A stretch of DNA of 64,000 bases from contig CBDFJF010000002.1 of assembly GCA_965248265.1 (NCBI GenBank), forward strand, positions 32,001-96,000, read 5' to 3'. The position numbers and the translations under genes were made by a program. The DNA is from Candidatus Latescibacterota bacterium (lineage in GTDB: Bacteria; Latescibacterota; UBA2968; UBA8231). The notes below the pieces were generated by a model. That model did no database searches. It had not been told where the DNA came from and was given only the letters and a program-made list of their open reading frames with translations. Position 1 is the first letter of the stretch; each line of letters opens with the position of its first letter. Shown here piece by piece: positions 48,425 to 58,457 of this stretch.

Positions 48425-50686
48425 ATGGCACGTCAGAAAGTCAGAGATCGGCGGCCCCGCAAGCGGGTGGATGACGTGGTCACGCTCGACAAGGAGTACG
48501 TCGAGCAAATGAAGGCAGCGGAAAAGGCGGAGAGCAGTGAGGCCGCGCCAAAGGAGTCACCCGCTGCCGAGGACGAGGCGGCAGAGTCCACACAGCAAGA
48601 GGTGTCCCATCCCGATCCCGATGAAGGGTCCCATGTCTTTGGCGAACAGGGCAAAGCCTGGATGGCGGTGGAAATCGCAGAAGATCATCAACAGGCGACG
48701 CTGACGGCATTGAGTTTTGCCGGTCAAAAAATGAAGGGACAAACCGTCGTTGATGCGCTGAAGGAGATTTATCACATCAAGCGCGGCTTCAAGAAAAAGA
48801 CGTTGAAGGAGGCGATAAAGAAGGCCAAGAAGGAAGGGGAGGCCCGCGGGACATTCGTCATCGCCAAGAGCAAGCAGCCGGAGCCGGGAACAGACGGTGA
48901 GGTGGAGCTCCTTTTTCAGAAAAAGACGGATGCCGATGTCGTTCTCCCGTACCAGGCTGTGAAGGACGCTCTGGCCAAGGAGGATCTGGATGCCGTGCTG
49001 GAAAAGGAACTGGTAAGCGTTCTGGTCGCGCCTGGCGAGACGCTGGCTCGGATTACCTCTCCGACTCCCGGCAATCCCGGCAAGGATATCTTCGGCAAAC
49101 TGATCGAACAGCCCGGCAAGGAAGCACAGCTCAATGCCGGCGCCAACGTGATCTCGAAGGACGGAGAATTCGCCGCACAGTCTTACGGGTACGTCTGTCT
49201 GATCAAGGACGAAATCTCCGTGGTTTCACCCATTTGGGTTGCTCCTGAGTTTCAGGAGGCCCATTTCGTCCACTTTCCTCAGGTTCGCAAGGCACCGTTG
49301 CCACAGCGGGACTGGATAGAAAGTGCTGCTCAACAGGCTGGGGTCACCAGTGGTCTCGACGACACGGCGGTGGAGAAGCTTTGCGCTGAAAGGGTATCGG
49401 CGACAGAGAAAGCGGCCATACAGATCGCCAGTGGCAGAGCCCCCGTCGCCGGCGCTGATGCCCACGTCGATTACTCCTTCGATCCAACCAAACGAGCCGG
49501 CAATGTGTTGGAAGACGGGACCATCGATTTTCGTGAGCGCAATGCTGCCGTTGGCGTGGCCGCAGGAGACTTGATCGGCGAACTGGTGGCTGCTACCCCC
49601 GGCGAAAGCGGCGTTAACGTCAAAGGCGAAGAAACGCCGGCAACCCCAGGCGAAGACCGAGCGTTCACGGCAGGCCAGAACGTGCGCACTGAAGCCAAGG
49701 ACGGGGGCACCGCCTTCGTCGCCGAGATCGACGGTGCCGTCAATGTTGCCGGCGACAGTATCGAGGTGCAGCCTGTGTTCGCCGTCAACGGTGACGTCGA
49801 CTACGACTCAGGCAACATCGATCTGCCGACGAACGTCGACATCGGGGGGTCAGTGGTTTCCGGGTTCAGCGTCAAGTCGGGTGGCAGCGTGACGATCGGC
49901 GGTACCATCGAGAACGGGGCCAGCGTACAGGCCAAGGGAGATGTCATCGTTGCCAAGGGCATTTTCGGGGCGGATACAAAGGTGGTGGCGCTAGGCAACG
50001 TGGAGACGAAGTTCATTCAGAACAGCACGGTCATGGCGCACGAGAACGTGACCGCCGGGGCGTACATAATCAACGGCATCGTGCGCGCGGGAGGCGAGGT
50101 CAAGGTTGAGGACGGCGGCGGTAGCAGTGGCGGCAGTATCGTCAGCGGGGAAGTCGTCGCCGGCAAGCGCGTCGAGGCCAAGCGGCTGGGTTCGCACGAT
50201 ACCGACCGCACCGTCGTCGGCATCAGCGGCAGCGCCGAGCAGCTCGAGCGCCTCGCACAACTCACGCGCACGATCACGGCTGCTGAAGCGCAAATACCGC
50301 AGCTGGTCAAGAGCCTAGGACTGTCACGCGCGGACATCGGCGAGATCGAGGCTCAACTGGATCGCGCCACCGAGCGCAGGCGGCACGATCTCGAAGAACC
50401 ATCGCGAAAACTGGCGGAGTTGATTCGCTCCCATGAGCAGTCCCTGGAGGAGCAGGTGCAGCTTGAGGGCCAGATTGCCACCAGCGTTGCTCAGGGCACT
50501 GTCGCGGCGACCGATACGGTCTATGCTGATGTGTACGTCCAATTCGGCTCGGAGACCAGCCGTGTCAGCGATGACATCAAGGCGGTCGAGTTTCACTACA
50601 AGGACGGTGTGCACTGGCGTCCGCTCGACCCCGGTTCGAGTGAGGAAACCGGGTCCAACTCCACCGATGAAGGGCAAGCTATATGA
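48425..50686 (+). CDS. FapA (DUF342) family protein
   Basis: GTIDFRE, GDVDYDSGNID, GFSVKSGGSV beta-helix, coiled coil. Start at MARQK after GAGG. Confidence 0.85.
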   Translation: MARQKVRDRRPRKRVDDVVTLDKEYVEQMKAAEKAESSEAAPKESPAAEDEAAESTQQEVSHPDPDEGSHVFGEQGKAWMAVEIAEDHQQATLTALSFAGQKMKGQTVVDALKEIYHIKRGFKKKTLKEAIKKAKKEGEARGTFVIAKSKQPEPGTDGEVELLFQKKTDADVVLPYQAVKDALAKEDLDAVLEKELVSVLVAPGETLARITSPTPGNPGKDIFGKLIEQPGKEAQLNAGANVISKDGEFAAQSYGYVCLIKDEISVVSPIWVAPEFQEAHFVHFPQVRKAPLPQRDWIESAAQQAGVTSGLDDTAVEKLCAERVSATEKAAIQIASGRAPVAGADAHVDYSFDPTKRAGNVLEDGTIDFRERNAAVGVAAGDLIGELVAATPGESGVNVKGEETPATPGEDRAFTAGQNVRTEAKDGGTAFVAEIDGAVNVAGDSIEVQPVFAVNGDVDYDSGNIDLPTNVDIGGSVVSGFSVKSGGSVTIGGTIENGASVQAKGDVIVAKGIFGADTKVVALGNVETKFIQNSTVMAHENVTAGAYIINGIVRAGGEVKVEDGGGSSGGSIVSGEVVAGKRVEAKRLGSHDTDRTVVGISGSAEQLERLAQLTRTITAAEAQIPQLVKSLGLSRADIGEIEAQLDRATERRRHDLEEPSRKLAELIRSHEQSLEEQVQLEGQIATSVAQGTVAATDTVYADVYVQFGSETSRVSDDIKAVEFHYKDGVHWRPLDPGSSEETGSNSTDEGQAI

Positions 50687-52113
50687 CCAACGCGGCCGCA
50701 GAAGATCAGGAATTCGCCATCATTATCCGCGAACACGGCAAAGCCCAGCAGGTACTGCTGAAGTACACCGTGATGATCCTGAATTTCGCCTACGGAATGC
50801 AGGTGGCGGTTTGCGACAATCTCAAGGAGGGCGTCACGCTGCTGCGTCGACGAGCCACAGCCGTCAAGGCCGTGTTCATCATCCACAACGACCGCATCCA
50901 GAGCAAGATGTTTCTGCAGGGATTCACGATGCAAGGAAAAGTCCCCCTCTTCATTCTGTGCCCGACGTCGATGCTGAGCCAACAGCTTCGCAGTTCTCGC
51001 GGGGTCGCGAAGGTCACACTCTGTGCCTGGGAGAAGGCGTTCGGCCAACGAGGACCCTCACTGGGCACCCTGGTGGACAAGGCCTTCAAGGAGACGAAGG
51101 TCGACGGGCTGGTCCAGGAGGGCGTCCCTCTTGACCAGATGCAGTCCCGGGTCGAGGTGCGCGTCCGCAACATGCGAACGTTGCCGGCGATGCCGGAGAT
51201 CGTCCTCAGGATCATGAAGCTGGTCGGGGACCCCAACTCCAGCGCTCAGGATATGGAGGACCTGCTGCTCAGCGATGCCGCCATCGTCGAAAAATTGCTA
51301 CAGGTGATCAACGCGCCCTTTTTCGGCGGCGCCGGCCACACGGGTGGCTGGACGCTGAAGGACGCCATTGTCCGCATGGGTTTGCAGAAGGTCGGGGCTG
51401 TGGCCCAGCAAGTGAAGATGATGAACTCCTTCGCCAAACCCGAAGACAGCAAGTTTGATCTGCGGCGTTTCTGGGAACACTCGGTGGGCAGTTCCATGCT
51501 CGCCGACAAGATCATCGAAAGCGAATTGGTCGAATTCGAAGGCACCATCGAGTTTGACGACTACTGGATTGGTGCCATCCTGCATGACGTCGGCAAGTTG
51601 ATTTTGGGACTGTTCTTCTGGGATTTCTTCGAGATGGTCCTGAATAACATGCAAGGCACCGGCGCCGGCGCGGCCGAGGCAAAGCAAGCGGTGGAGGGCG
51701 CGGAGAAGGAAGTCAAGGAAGGTGAGGAAGCCGCCAAGCAAGATGAGGTTACACCAGCGACCGGGATGCTATCCTTCCGTGATGCCGAAAACAAGTTGGC
51801 CGACACGCCCAATCACGAGCTGGTGGGTCAGCTGATGTTGATGAAATCGAACATCAAGGAAGAGCTCGTCCAGGTGGTGCAATCGCATCACGAAATCACC
51901 GCCTCGTCGCCAACCCTCGTCCGCCTGGTCCATCTCGTCGACAATATCAGCAAGGATCTGGGCATGGGTTACATTGAGGGTGAGCCTTCCAAGTACGACG
52001 AACAGGTGCTGGAAACGTTTGGACTCGATGAAGCCAAACTGACCAAGCTCAAGGAAACGCTGAACGAGTTTATCGTGCCGGAAATCAAGGCGATGGTCGG
52101 CAAGTGTCTGTGA
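50683..52113 (+). CDS. HDOD domain protein with unknown N-terminal alpha/beta domain
   Basis: LPAMPEIV, AIVRMG, FWEHSV, ILHDVGKL, HHE. Confidence 0.88.
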   Translation: MTNAAAEDQEFAIIIREHGKAQQVLLKYTVMILNFAYGMQVAVCDNLKEGVTLLRRRATAVKAVFIIHNDRIQSKMFLQGFTMQGKVPLFILCPTSMLSQQLRSSRGVAKVTLCAWEKAFGQRGPSLGTLVDKAFKETKVDGLVQEGVPLDQMQSRVEVRVRNMRTLPAMPEIVLRIMKLVGDPNSSAQDMEDLLLSDAAIVEKLLQVINAPFFGGAGHTGGWTLKDAIVRMGLQKVGAVAQQVKMMNSFAKPEDSKFDLRRFWEHSVGSSMLADKIIESELVEFEGTIEFDDYWIGAILHDVGKLILGLFFWDFFEMVLNNMQGTGAGAAEAKQAVEGAEKEVKEGEEAAKQDEVTPATGMLSFRDAENKLADTPNHELVGQLMLMKSNIKEELVQVVQSHHEITASSPTLVRLVHLVDNISKDLGMGYIEGEPSKYDEQVLETFGLDEAKLTKLKETLNEFIVPEIKAMVGKCL

Positions 52114-52201
52114 AGCGCCGGCGTGCCCCACGCCAGCGTGCCATTGAAGAGTCTTTGGGGAGCCGTCCCCTACAGCCTCGGCAACAACTAACCGCGAACC
52201 T

Positions 52202-53530
52202 ATGAACAAAGAACCAGAGCAGGAGTACGGCCTCATCATCCAGCAGGCCGGCAAAGCCCAGTACGTCCTGGCGAAGTTCGCAGTGCTGCTGCTCAACTAC
52301 CAATACGGCATTCATACCAAGATAGTTCAAGACTTCGTCGAGGCGGCCACGGCCTTTCGCGAACTGGGCGAACAGATCCGCTGCACGTTCGTCATCCAGA
52401 ACGAACCCATACGCAATCCAGCTGTCCTGATGGGCATGACTCGCCGTGACACCGTGCCGATGTTCCTTCTCGTTCCGGAGAAACTGATTGCCGAGCATCG
52501 CAAAATGGCAGTGAACCTGAACAAGGTCGAATTGTGCGCCTGGGAGGGGTTCTCCGGAAAGAAAGGCACCTCCTTACGTGAGCAAGTCGCCAAGGCGTTC
52601 AAGACCTTCGGCGTCACTGGCATGCTGGAGGGGTCGGAAGGCAAATCCTACGAGGAGCTGCAGCAGCTTGTCGAGATTAGGATTCGCGAGCTCAAGAGTC
52701 TGCCATCGCTACCTGAGGTCGTGATGCGGATCATGAAGATCGTCAACGATCCGGAGGGGTCGGTGAAGGATCTGGAGCAAGTCCTGTTCAGCGATCCGTC
52801 CATCGTACAGAAACTGTTGCAGGTTTTCAATTCCGCGGCGCTGTCGGGGGCAGCCCGCCAGAAGAAGTGGACCTTCAAGGAAGGAATCATGCGGCTTGGT
52901 ATGCGCAAGGTCGGGGCCATCGCGGCGCAAGTGAAAATGATGAACAGCTTTTCCCGGCCCGAGGACAGCAAGTTTGATCTGCGCGGGTTCTGGGAACATT
53001 CGGTGGGTTGCGCCATGGTGGCCGATGCCCTGTGCACCAAACGTCTGGTGACCTTAAAACGGGAAATCGAGTTCAACGACTATTGGGTGGCGGCCATCCT
53101 GCACGATGTTGGCAAGTTGATTCTCGGCTTTTATTTTTGGGACCAATTTGAACAGGTGCTCAACCACATGGGCAACGACGATTGCTCCTACCGGACGGCT
53201 GAGGAGAAGATCGAAGACATGCCAACACACGAGTACGTGGGCAGTCTGGTGATGCTCAAATCGAACGCCGGGGAAGAGCTTGTGGACGTGGTCGGTGGGC
53301 ATCACAGTTTCGGGCCGACGCCGCGCCCGTTAGCCTGCCTGGTTCACCTCTCCAACAATTTGATCAAGGACATGGGCCGCGGCTACGTTCCCGGTGAACC
53401 GGCGGAGTACGATCCTAAGGTTCTCAGCACACTCGGCCTCAACCAGGCCAAGGTGGAGCAAATCCGCGACCAGCTTGACGAAGAGCTCGAGGATCAGATC
53501 AATGAAATCGTCGAGCAGTGCATGGGCTGA
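52202..53530 (+). CDS. HDOD domain protein, tandem paralog of 50683-52113
   Basis: LPSLPEVV, SDPSI, FWEHSVGCA, ILHDVGKL. Confidence 0.88.
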   Translation: MNKEPEQEYGLIIQQAGKAQYVLAKFAVLLLNYQYGIHTKIVQDFVEAATAFRELGEQIRCTFVIQNEPIRNPAVLMGMTRRDTVPMFLLVPEKLIAEHRKMAVNLNKVELCAWEGFSGKKGTSLREQVAKAFKTFGVTGMLEGSEGKSYEELQQLVEIRIRELKSLPSLPEVVMRIMKIVNDPEGSVKDLEQVLFSDPSIVQKLLQVFNSAALSGAARQKKWTFKEGIMRLGMRKVGAIAAQVKMMNSFSRPEDSKFDLRGFWEHSVGCAMVADALCTKRLVTLKREIEFNDYWVAAILHDVGKLILGFYFWDQFEQVLNHMGNDDCSYRTAEEKIEDMPTHEYVGSLVMLKSNAGEELVDVVGGHHSFGPTPRPLACLVHLSNNLIKDMGRGYVPGEPAEYDPKVLSTLGLNQAKVEQIRDQLDEELEDQINEIVEQCMG

Positions 53531-53549
53531 GCCTGGGGGTCAATCCGCA

Positions 53550-53951
53550 ATGACAGACAGCCTCGACGGCCTGTTCGATCCTGACGAGTCTAAATCCGTA
53601 CTCATCGTCGACGACTCGGCGATGATGCGCACGGTGGTGCATGAGATTCTGGCGCCGCTTGGACACATGGTGCTGAAGGCTTCAAACGGTGAGGAGGCTG
53701 TCGACCTTGCCCGGCTTCGGCGACCCGATCTCATCCTTCTCGACTGGTTCATGCCCGGGTTGGACGGTCTTGGAGTGCTGAAGGAACTTCGCTCGATTCC
53801 AGAAACCCGGAGTATCCCAGTCTGTCTGCTCACCGTTTCGAAGGATCCGCAGGAGCTCAAGGGGGCAGTCGAGTATGGCGTAACCGACTATCTTTCGAAA
53901 CCAACGAATCCCACCAGGCTGCGGGAGAAGGTGCGCAAGTACCTGGGCTGA
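53550..53951 (+). CDS. Single-domain response regulator (CheY-like)
   Basis: LIVDDS, LILLDWFMP, LT, YLSKP. Confidence 0.9.
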   Translation: MTDSLDGLFDPDESKSVLIVDDSAMMRTVVHEILAPLGHMVLKASNGEEAVDLARLRRPDLILLDWFMPGLDGLGVLKELRSIPETRSIPVCLLTVSKDPQELKGAVEYGVTDYLSKPTNPTRLREKVRKYLG

Positions 53952-54019
53952 TCCAGCGGCCAGAATCAGGTCAATGACCTGGTCTGCTTTCCCGATCAGT
54001 AGCGGAGTGTGTCCGTGTT

Positions 54020-54751
54020 CTAATATCGGATGACATACTCGAGCCCTATGCCAACACTGGTTTCCTCGCCCTGGCGAAACGCGTTGTAACGCTGTTCACC
54101 GACCAAGTGGAGGTGGTCAACGAGACGCACTCCAAGCTGAGTCTCTTCAACCCAATTGTGCTTCGTCCCGCCTTCCGGATCGATATTGTGGTCGGCGAAT
54201 CCAGCGACATAGACCCGGTTCGGCGAAAGGACCCACCTGAATACATGCTCAATCTGCCACTGACGACCGTCCACATGGTCGAACTGGACCGCATGAATAT
54301 CAATCCAATACACGACACGCGCGGCCTTGAGGAGTCTATGCAGCCGCGGTGTACTGTGAATCTTCCATCTCAACCCCAGTCGCAGCGCGTCGTTGCCTCT
54401 ACCCGAGCGCACCAATGCCTGCACCGTGAGTTGCAGTAAGTTGAGCGGCATGTCGCCGGGGATATTCCACCGCAGATTTTGTTCGGTGAGAAAATTGTCA
54501 GATTCCTTCAGTGCTGCGCGCTCTGAGTCGCGGCCGAAATTCGTCAGGCTAAAATACTGCAGTCCATGCCGGAGGTTGCCAAGCGCGTTGACGGTGACGG
54601 CATTGTCGGCGTCTACTTTGGTGTACGGATAGAGATTGAAATCCAGGAACCCCGTGTTCTCGTGAATCGTCTCTGCCCGGGCCTGCAGGGACAGAAGGAC
54701 TATCGAGATCGCTAAGCATGGTAACAGAAAGCGGATAGTCATGTTTCGCAT
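54020..54751 (-). CDS. Hypothetical outer-membrane beta-barrel protein
   Basis: Signal peptide (..LQARA-E), amphipathic strands, aromatic C-terminal residue. Confidence 0.65.
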   Translation of the reverse strand: MRNMTIRFLLPCLAISIVLLSLQARAETIHENTGFLDFNLYPYTKVDADNAVTVNALGNLRHGLQYFSLTNFGRDSERAALKESDNFLTEQNLRWNIPGDMPLNLLQLTVQALVRSGRGNDALRLGLRWKIHSTPRLHRLLKAARVVYWIDIHAVQFDHVDGRQWQIEHVFRWVLSPNRVYVAGFADHNIDPEGGTKHNWVEETQLGVRLVDHLHLVGEQRYNAFRQGEETSVGIGLEYVIRY

Positions 54752-54928
54752 GGGCTCTCCATGGGTATTGTCAAGCGGATCAATCGTAGTCATCCGCGGC
54801 CTTCGCTTTTGCGTGTCGATTTGCGTCGCCATGTTGTTGCGTGGGGTGGATGGCAGCTCCCCAATATAATCGTTGGTTGCACCCCAATAAAAATGATGCG
54901 ACGCAGTCTGAGCTGTCAGGCGCTTCGG

Positions 54929-56866
54929 TCACAGTGCCCCTCGGATGGCCTCCACGCGCTGACGAATCCCAGGCGCCACGGTGCGCGCCAGCTCAACGAC
55001 ATCGCTGGTGGCAACCCCTGCCGCTGCCAGTACCGCGTCGGGCACAAAGCGTTCGATTCCCTCCGCCGTGTCGCCGGTCTCGCCGCCGTGCAGCAGGCGG
55101 GTCAGCGGGAACGCGGCTTCCTCCGGGAAGGGTGCTATGCCACCGCCGATCAGGTCGGCCAGTGCAACCAGCTGTTCCAGAGGATGGTCGGGTGTGGGCT
55201 CATGATGATGCTCGACGACCCGGGACACATCCTCCCCGAGCTTCCAGCTTTCTGCCAGCAGCCGGCCGACAAGACAGTGGTTGGCCCCTCCGGCACAGGT
55301 CTCTTCAGCATATGACATCGGATACAGCCAGGTACCCGTCCGCAGTTCTTCAAGAATGAGGCGATACAGTCCGGGGTAGCTCTGAATCAAGGCTACCTTG
55401 CCGATGTCGTGCATCATGCCGGCGATGAAGGGATCCTGTCCCGGGTCAAGGGTGAAATACTCGCAGAGCTTCAGTCTCTCCAGCACCTCCACAGCCTGTT
55501 CGCTCAACTCGAAACTCTGCCAATCCTTCTGTTGTTCCGGTGTGCGTTCGTCCTCCTCAACGGGTAGGGTCAGCAGGCGCGCGGTCAGGGCCACCGTCAC
55601 GCTATGCGCCCAGTACTCATCTACAGAGAACTCCTGCTCTTGAACGCCCTGGAAGGATCGCATCACTGCCTCCGAGACGATCAGATCCTTCACGGCATCC
55701 TTGCCAAGCAGGATTACCGCCTTGCCCGTCTCATCGATTTCTCCCTGGAATCCGTAGATGGGGGAGCGCGCGCGTTTGATCACCACTGCACGGCTGAGGG
55801 GGTCGGTTTCGATCGCATCGATCCATTGTTGCATCTCGCTGTCGGGATCTCTGGAGAGTTTGACGATGTGGTCGAACACCTGCGGCATCACCGGCAGGAC
55901 CACGGTCATGCGGATGTCGATTTCGAGACGTTGTCGAATCTGTTCCGGCGAGGGCAGTTCGGAAGGGGGACCTTCATAAACTTTGGCGACAACATGCTCG
56001 GCGACGACCTGCTCCATGGCATTTGCATCGAGTCTGTCTCGCTCATAGAGCTCTACTCCCAATCGTTTCAGTCCAGCTCGCACCTTGTCGGGTATTTCCT
56101 CAGGATGTTCATGTACCAGCAAAACGCTCAAGTCGTCGCGTTTGTTGATGCTGGCCAGACGGGCGAGGGTAACGCCGCCGCCCGGTAGCATGGTTGTGAC
56201 CACGAGCGCCTTCACGCGCTTGCCCAGGGCATTGAGTTTCCTGCTGAGCGTGCCCGAATCGTCGTCCAGCCCTACTCCTACGGCGAAGTCAGGCGAGCCG
56301 GCATTGATGGCGCGCACAGCGTCGACGGTGTGGGCCATGGTATCGACGACACGAGCGTGTTCCGGCCGCATCAGTTGACCGGCCGCCGCCGCGTCTCCGA
56401 CCAGCATCAAGGCGTGGTCCTCCTCCCGATCAAGGGGATCCAGGCCGTCGACAATTTGGGTCACGCGTCGTTGGGTTATCCGCTCCAGGATGCCCGACAG
56501 CTGTTCCTGCAATTGCGACGAGGTGAACGGCTTGGCCAGGTAGCCGTCCACTCCAACCTCCAGGGCTTCAACCACGTCCTTGCGAGCTGCGCGTGACGAG
56601 AACAGGATAACCGGGATGTGTGCGTACTTTGGACTGGCGCGAACCTGTTTAATGAGCTGCAACCCATCCATGACGGGCATGTTCCAGTTCGTCAGCAGCA
56701 GGTCGAATCGCTGTGCCTGCAGCAATTGCAGCGCCTGCATCCCGTCATTGGCCGTGACCACGTCTTCATAGCCCAACCTTCGCAGCAGAGAGGCCACGAT
56801 TTTGCGCATGCCGACGGCGTCTTCGACCAGGAGAATTCTCAGGGGCGAACTCTGGGTCAAACTCAT
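54929..56866 (-). CDS. Receiver-like domain + HDOD domain protein
   Basis: ILLVED...LLTNWNMP...YLAKPF; LPVMPQV, YWAHSV, MHDIGK, HHH. Confidence 0.88.
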   Translation of the reverse strand: MSLTQSSPLRILLVEDAVGMRKIVASLLRRLGYEDVVTANDGMQALQLLQAQRFDLLLTNWNMPVMDGLQLIKQVRASPKYAHIPVILFSSRAARKDVVEALEVGVDGYLAKPFTSSQLQEQLSGILERITQRRVTQIVDGLDPLDREEDHALMLVGDAAAAGQLMRPEHARVVDTMAHTVDAVRAINAGSPDFAVGVGLDDDSGTLSRKLNALGKRVKALVVTTMLPGGGVTLARLASINKRDDLSVLLVHEHPEEIPDKVRAGLKRLGVELYERDRLDANAMEQVVAEHVVAKVYEGPPSELPSPEQIRQRLEIDIRMTVVLPVMPQVFDHIVKLSRDPDSEMQQWIDAIETDPLSRAVVIKRARSPIYGFQGEIDETGKAVILLGKDAVKDLIVSEAVMRSFQGVQEQEFSVDEYWAHSVTVALTARLLTLPVEEDERTPEQQKDWQSFELSEQAVEVLERLKLCEYFTLDPGQDPFIAGMMHDIGKVALIQSYPGLYRLILEELRTGTWLYPMSYAEETCAGGANHCLVGRLLAESWKLGEDVSRVVEHHHEPTPDHPLEQLVALADLIGGGIAPFPEEAAFPLTRLLHGGETGDTAEGIERFVPDAVLAAAGVATSDVVELARTVAPGIRQRVEAIRGAL

Positions 56867-57109
56867 AGTCGGGAACATACGGACACGGTCGCGGCCGACA
56901 ACAGGCAATGCCTCTCGACTGCTACAGATTCTCGGGCGTTGACCTGCCGCAACCAGCGCGTCTTATTGTTGCGTATCGAGCCCCGCGACTCGTTTGCCAT
57001 CTCACGCTACGGTCTCATCATGGGACAGCCGGCCGAGGAGCCTATCATCAGATTGACCGAGATGAAGGAACCACTAACTCATAGCCAGTTCCACCAGGGT
57101 CGCGGGTAA

Positions 57110-58417
57110 ATGGTCGTGAGGCTCTGGCTTCGCATTGTAGCAGTGTCGGCAGTGGTACTGCCGTTCACGACCATCGATTCGGGCGCTGTACCTGGTACGT
57201 CCCAACAACTGCAAGTGGGCGGTAGTCTGCGGCTGCGGGGTGAGCTGAAAGAGGGCTTCGACTTCAGTGGCGGCGGCACGCAGGATTATTTCCTCACCCA
57301 ACTGCGGGTAAACCTGCGCTGGGAACCGGTCCACTGGATCTCCGTGTTCATCGAAGGGCAAGATGCCCGCGTGCTGGGGGAGTCCAGGTTGGCGACGCCG
57401 GCGATCAATCAGGAAGCCGTTCCCAATGTGTTCTCTGACCAGTTCGACTTGCATCAGGGGTATGCCGATATCCGCCACCGAGTTGCGGGCCAGCCGCTGA
57501 CCTTTCGTCTCGGTCGACAGAAGTTCAACCTGGGAGCCAAGCGTCTTGTCGCCTCGCTGGAGTGGGTGAACACGGCCAGGGTCTGGGATGGGGTGAGAGT
57601 TACTCTTGGCCAACCAAACCACAAGACCCTCGATTTGATTGCCTCACGGTTGGTGCCAGTCGATCCGGAGCATTTCAATGACTATGACAACACCCCAAGT
57701 AGGCTTTTCAACAGTCGCTTCTTCGCGGGCTATTACATCGACGAGGCCTCGATCCCCGAGGTGCGGTTCGAGGGTTACGTGCTGTTACGTGCGGAGGATC
57801 GCATTAACGACCAAGTATGGACCCTGGGGACTCGCTGGCAAACAGGAAGGGATCCCTGGGGCGCGGAGCTCGAAGCCGCCCTGCAGGGCGGAGAATACGG
57901 TGGTGTGGATCATCGCGGGTTGGCGTTGCATGCATGCGTTTCGCATCAAGCCTTGCGCCTCAACCGCAGCCGTTTCAGTCTGGCGTACAACTACGGTACC
58001 GGTGATGGCGATCCTGGTGATGACGAGCACTGGACCTTCGACAATCAGTACCCTCTCAGCCATGCCTACTACGGTTACATGGATCTGTTTTCTCTGCAGA
58101 ACTTGCACAATATCGAAACGACGGCGCAGACGTTGTGGCACGGAACTCGCTTGAGGCTGGCTTACCAGGCGTTCTGGATCGACGAGCCGGAAGCCGACGC
58201 GTGGTACAACGCGGGGGCAGACGTCGTGCGGTCCGCTTTTCCTGCGGATCCGCGCTCCTTCGTCGGCAGCGAAGTGGATTTCACCGCCAGCAGGACATTT
58301 GGCAAAGTGGTCTTTGAAGTCGGCATCAGTCATCTGTTCCCGGGAGGATACCTGGAGGACACGGGATCATCCGGCGCCGCGAACTTCGCCTACATCATGC
58401 AAAAAGTGAAGATCTGA
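57110..58417 (+). CDS. Alginate-export family outer-membrane beta-barrel
   Basis: EGQDAR, DLHQGY, GRQ...RLV...WVNTARVWDG, GDGDP, HAYYGYMD. Confidence 0.85.
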   Translation: MVVRLWLRIVAVSAVVLPFTTIDSGAVPGTSQQLQVGGSLRLRGELKEGFDFSGGGTQDYFLTQLRVNLRWEPVHWISVFIEGQDARVLGESRLATPAINQEAVPNVFSDQFDLHQGYADIRHRVAGQPLTFRLGRQKFNLGAKRLVASLEWVNTARVWDGVRVTLGQPNHKTLDLIASRLVPVDPEHFNDYDNTPSRLFNSRFFAGYYIDEASIPEVRFEGYVLLRAEDRINDQVWTLGTRWQTGRDPWGAELEAALQGGEYGGVDHRGLALHACVSHQALRLNRSRFSLAYNYGTGDGDPGDDEHWTFDNQYPLSHAYYGYMDLFSLQNLHNIETTAQTLWHGTRLRLAYQAFWIDEPEADAWYNAGADVVRSAFPADPRSFVGSEVDFTASRTFGKVVFEVGISHLFPGGYLEDTGSSGAANFAYIMQKVKI

Positions 58418-58457
58418 CTGAACAGGAATCCATCGGGTCCAGAAACGGAGAAAGCGA

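Noticed and set aside
52114-52145. GC-rich hairpin between the HDOD paralogs
   Set aside because: Single copy with no U-tract; insufficient to call a terminator or REP element.
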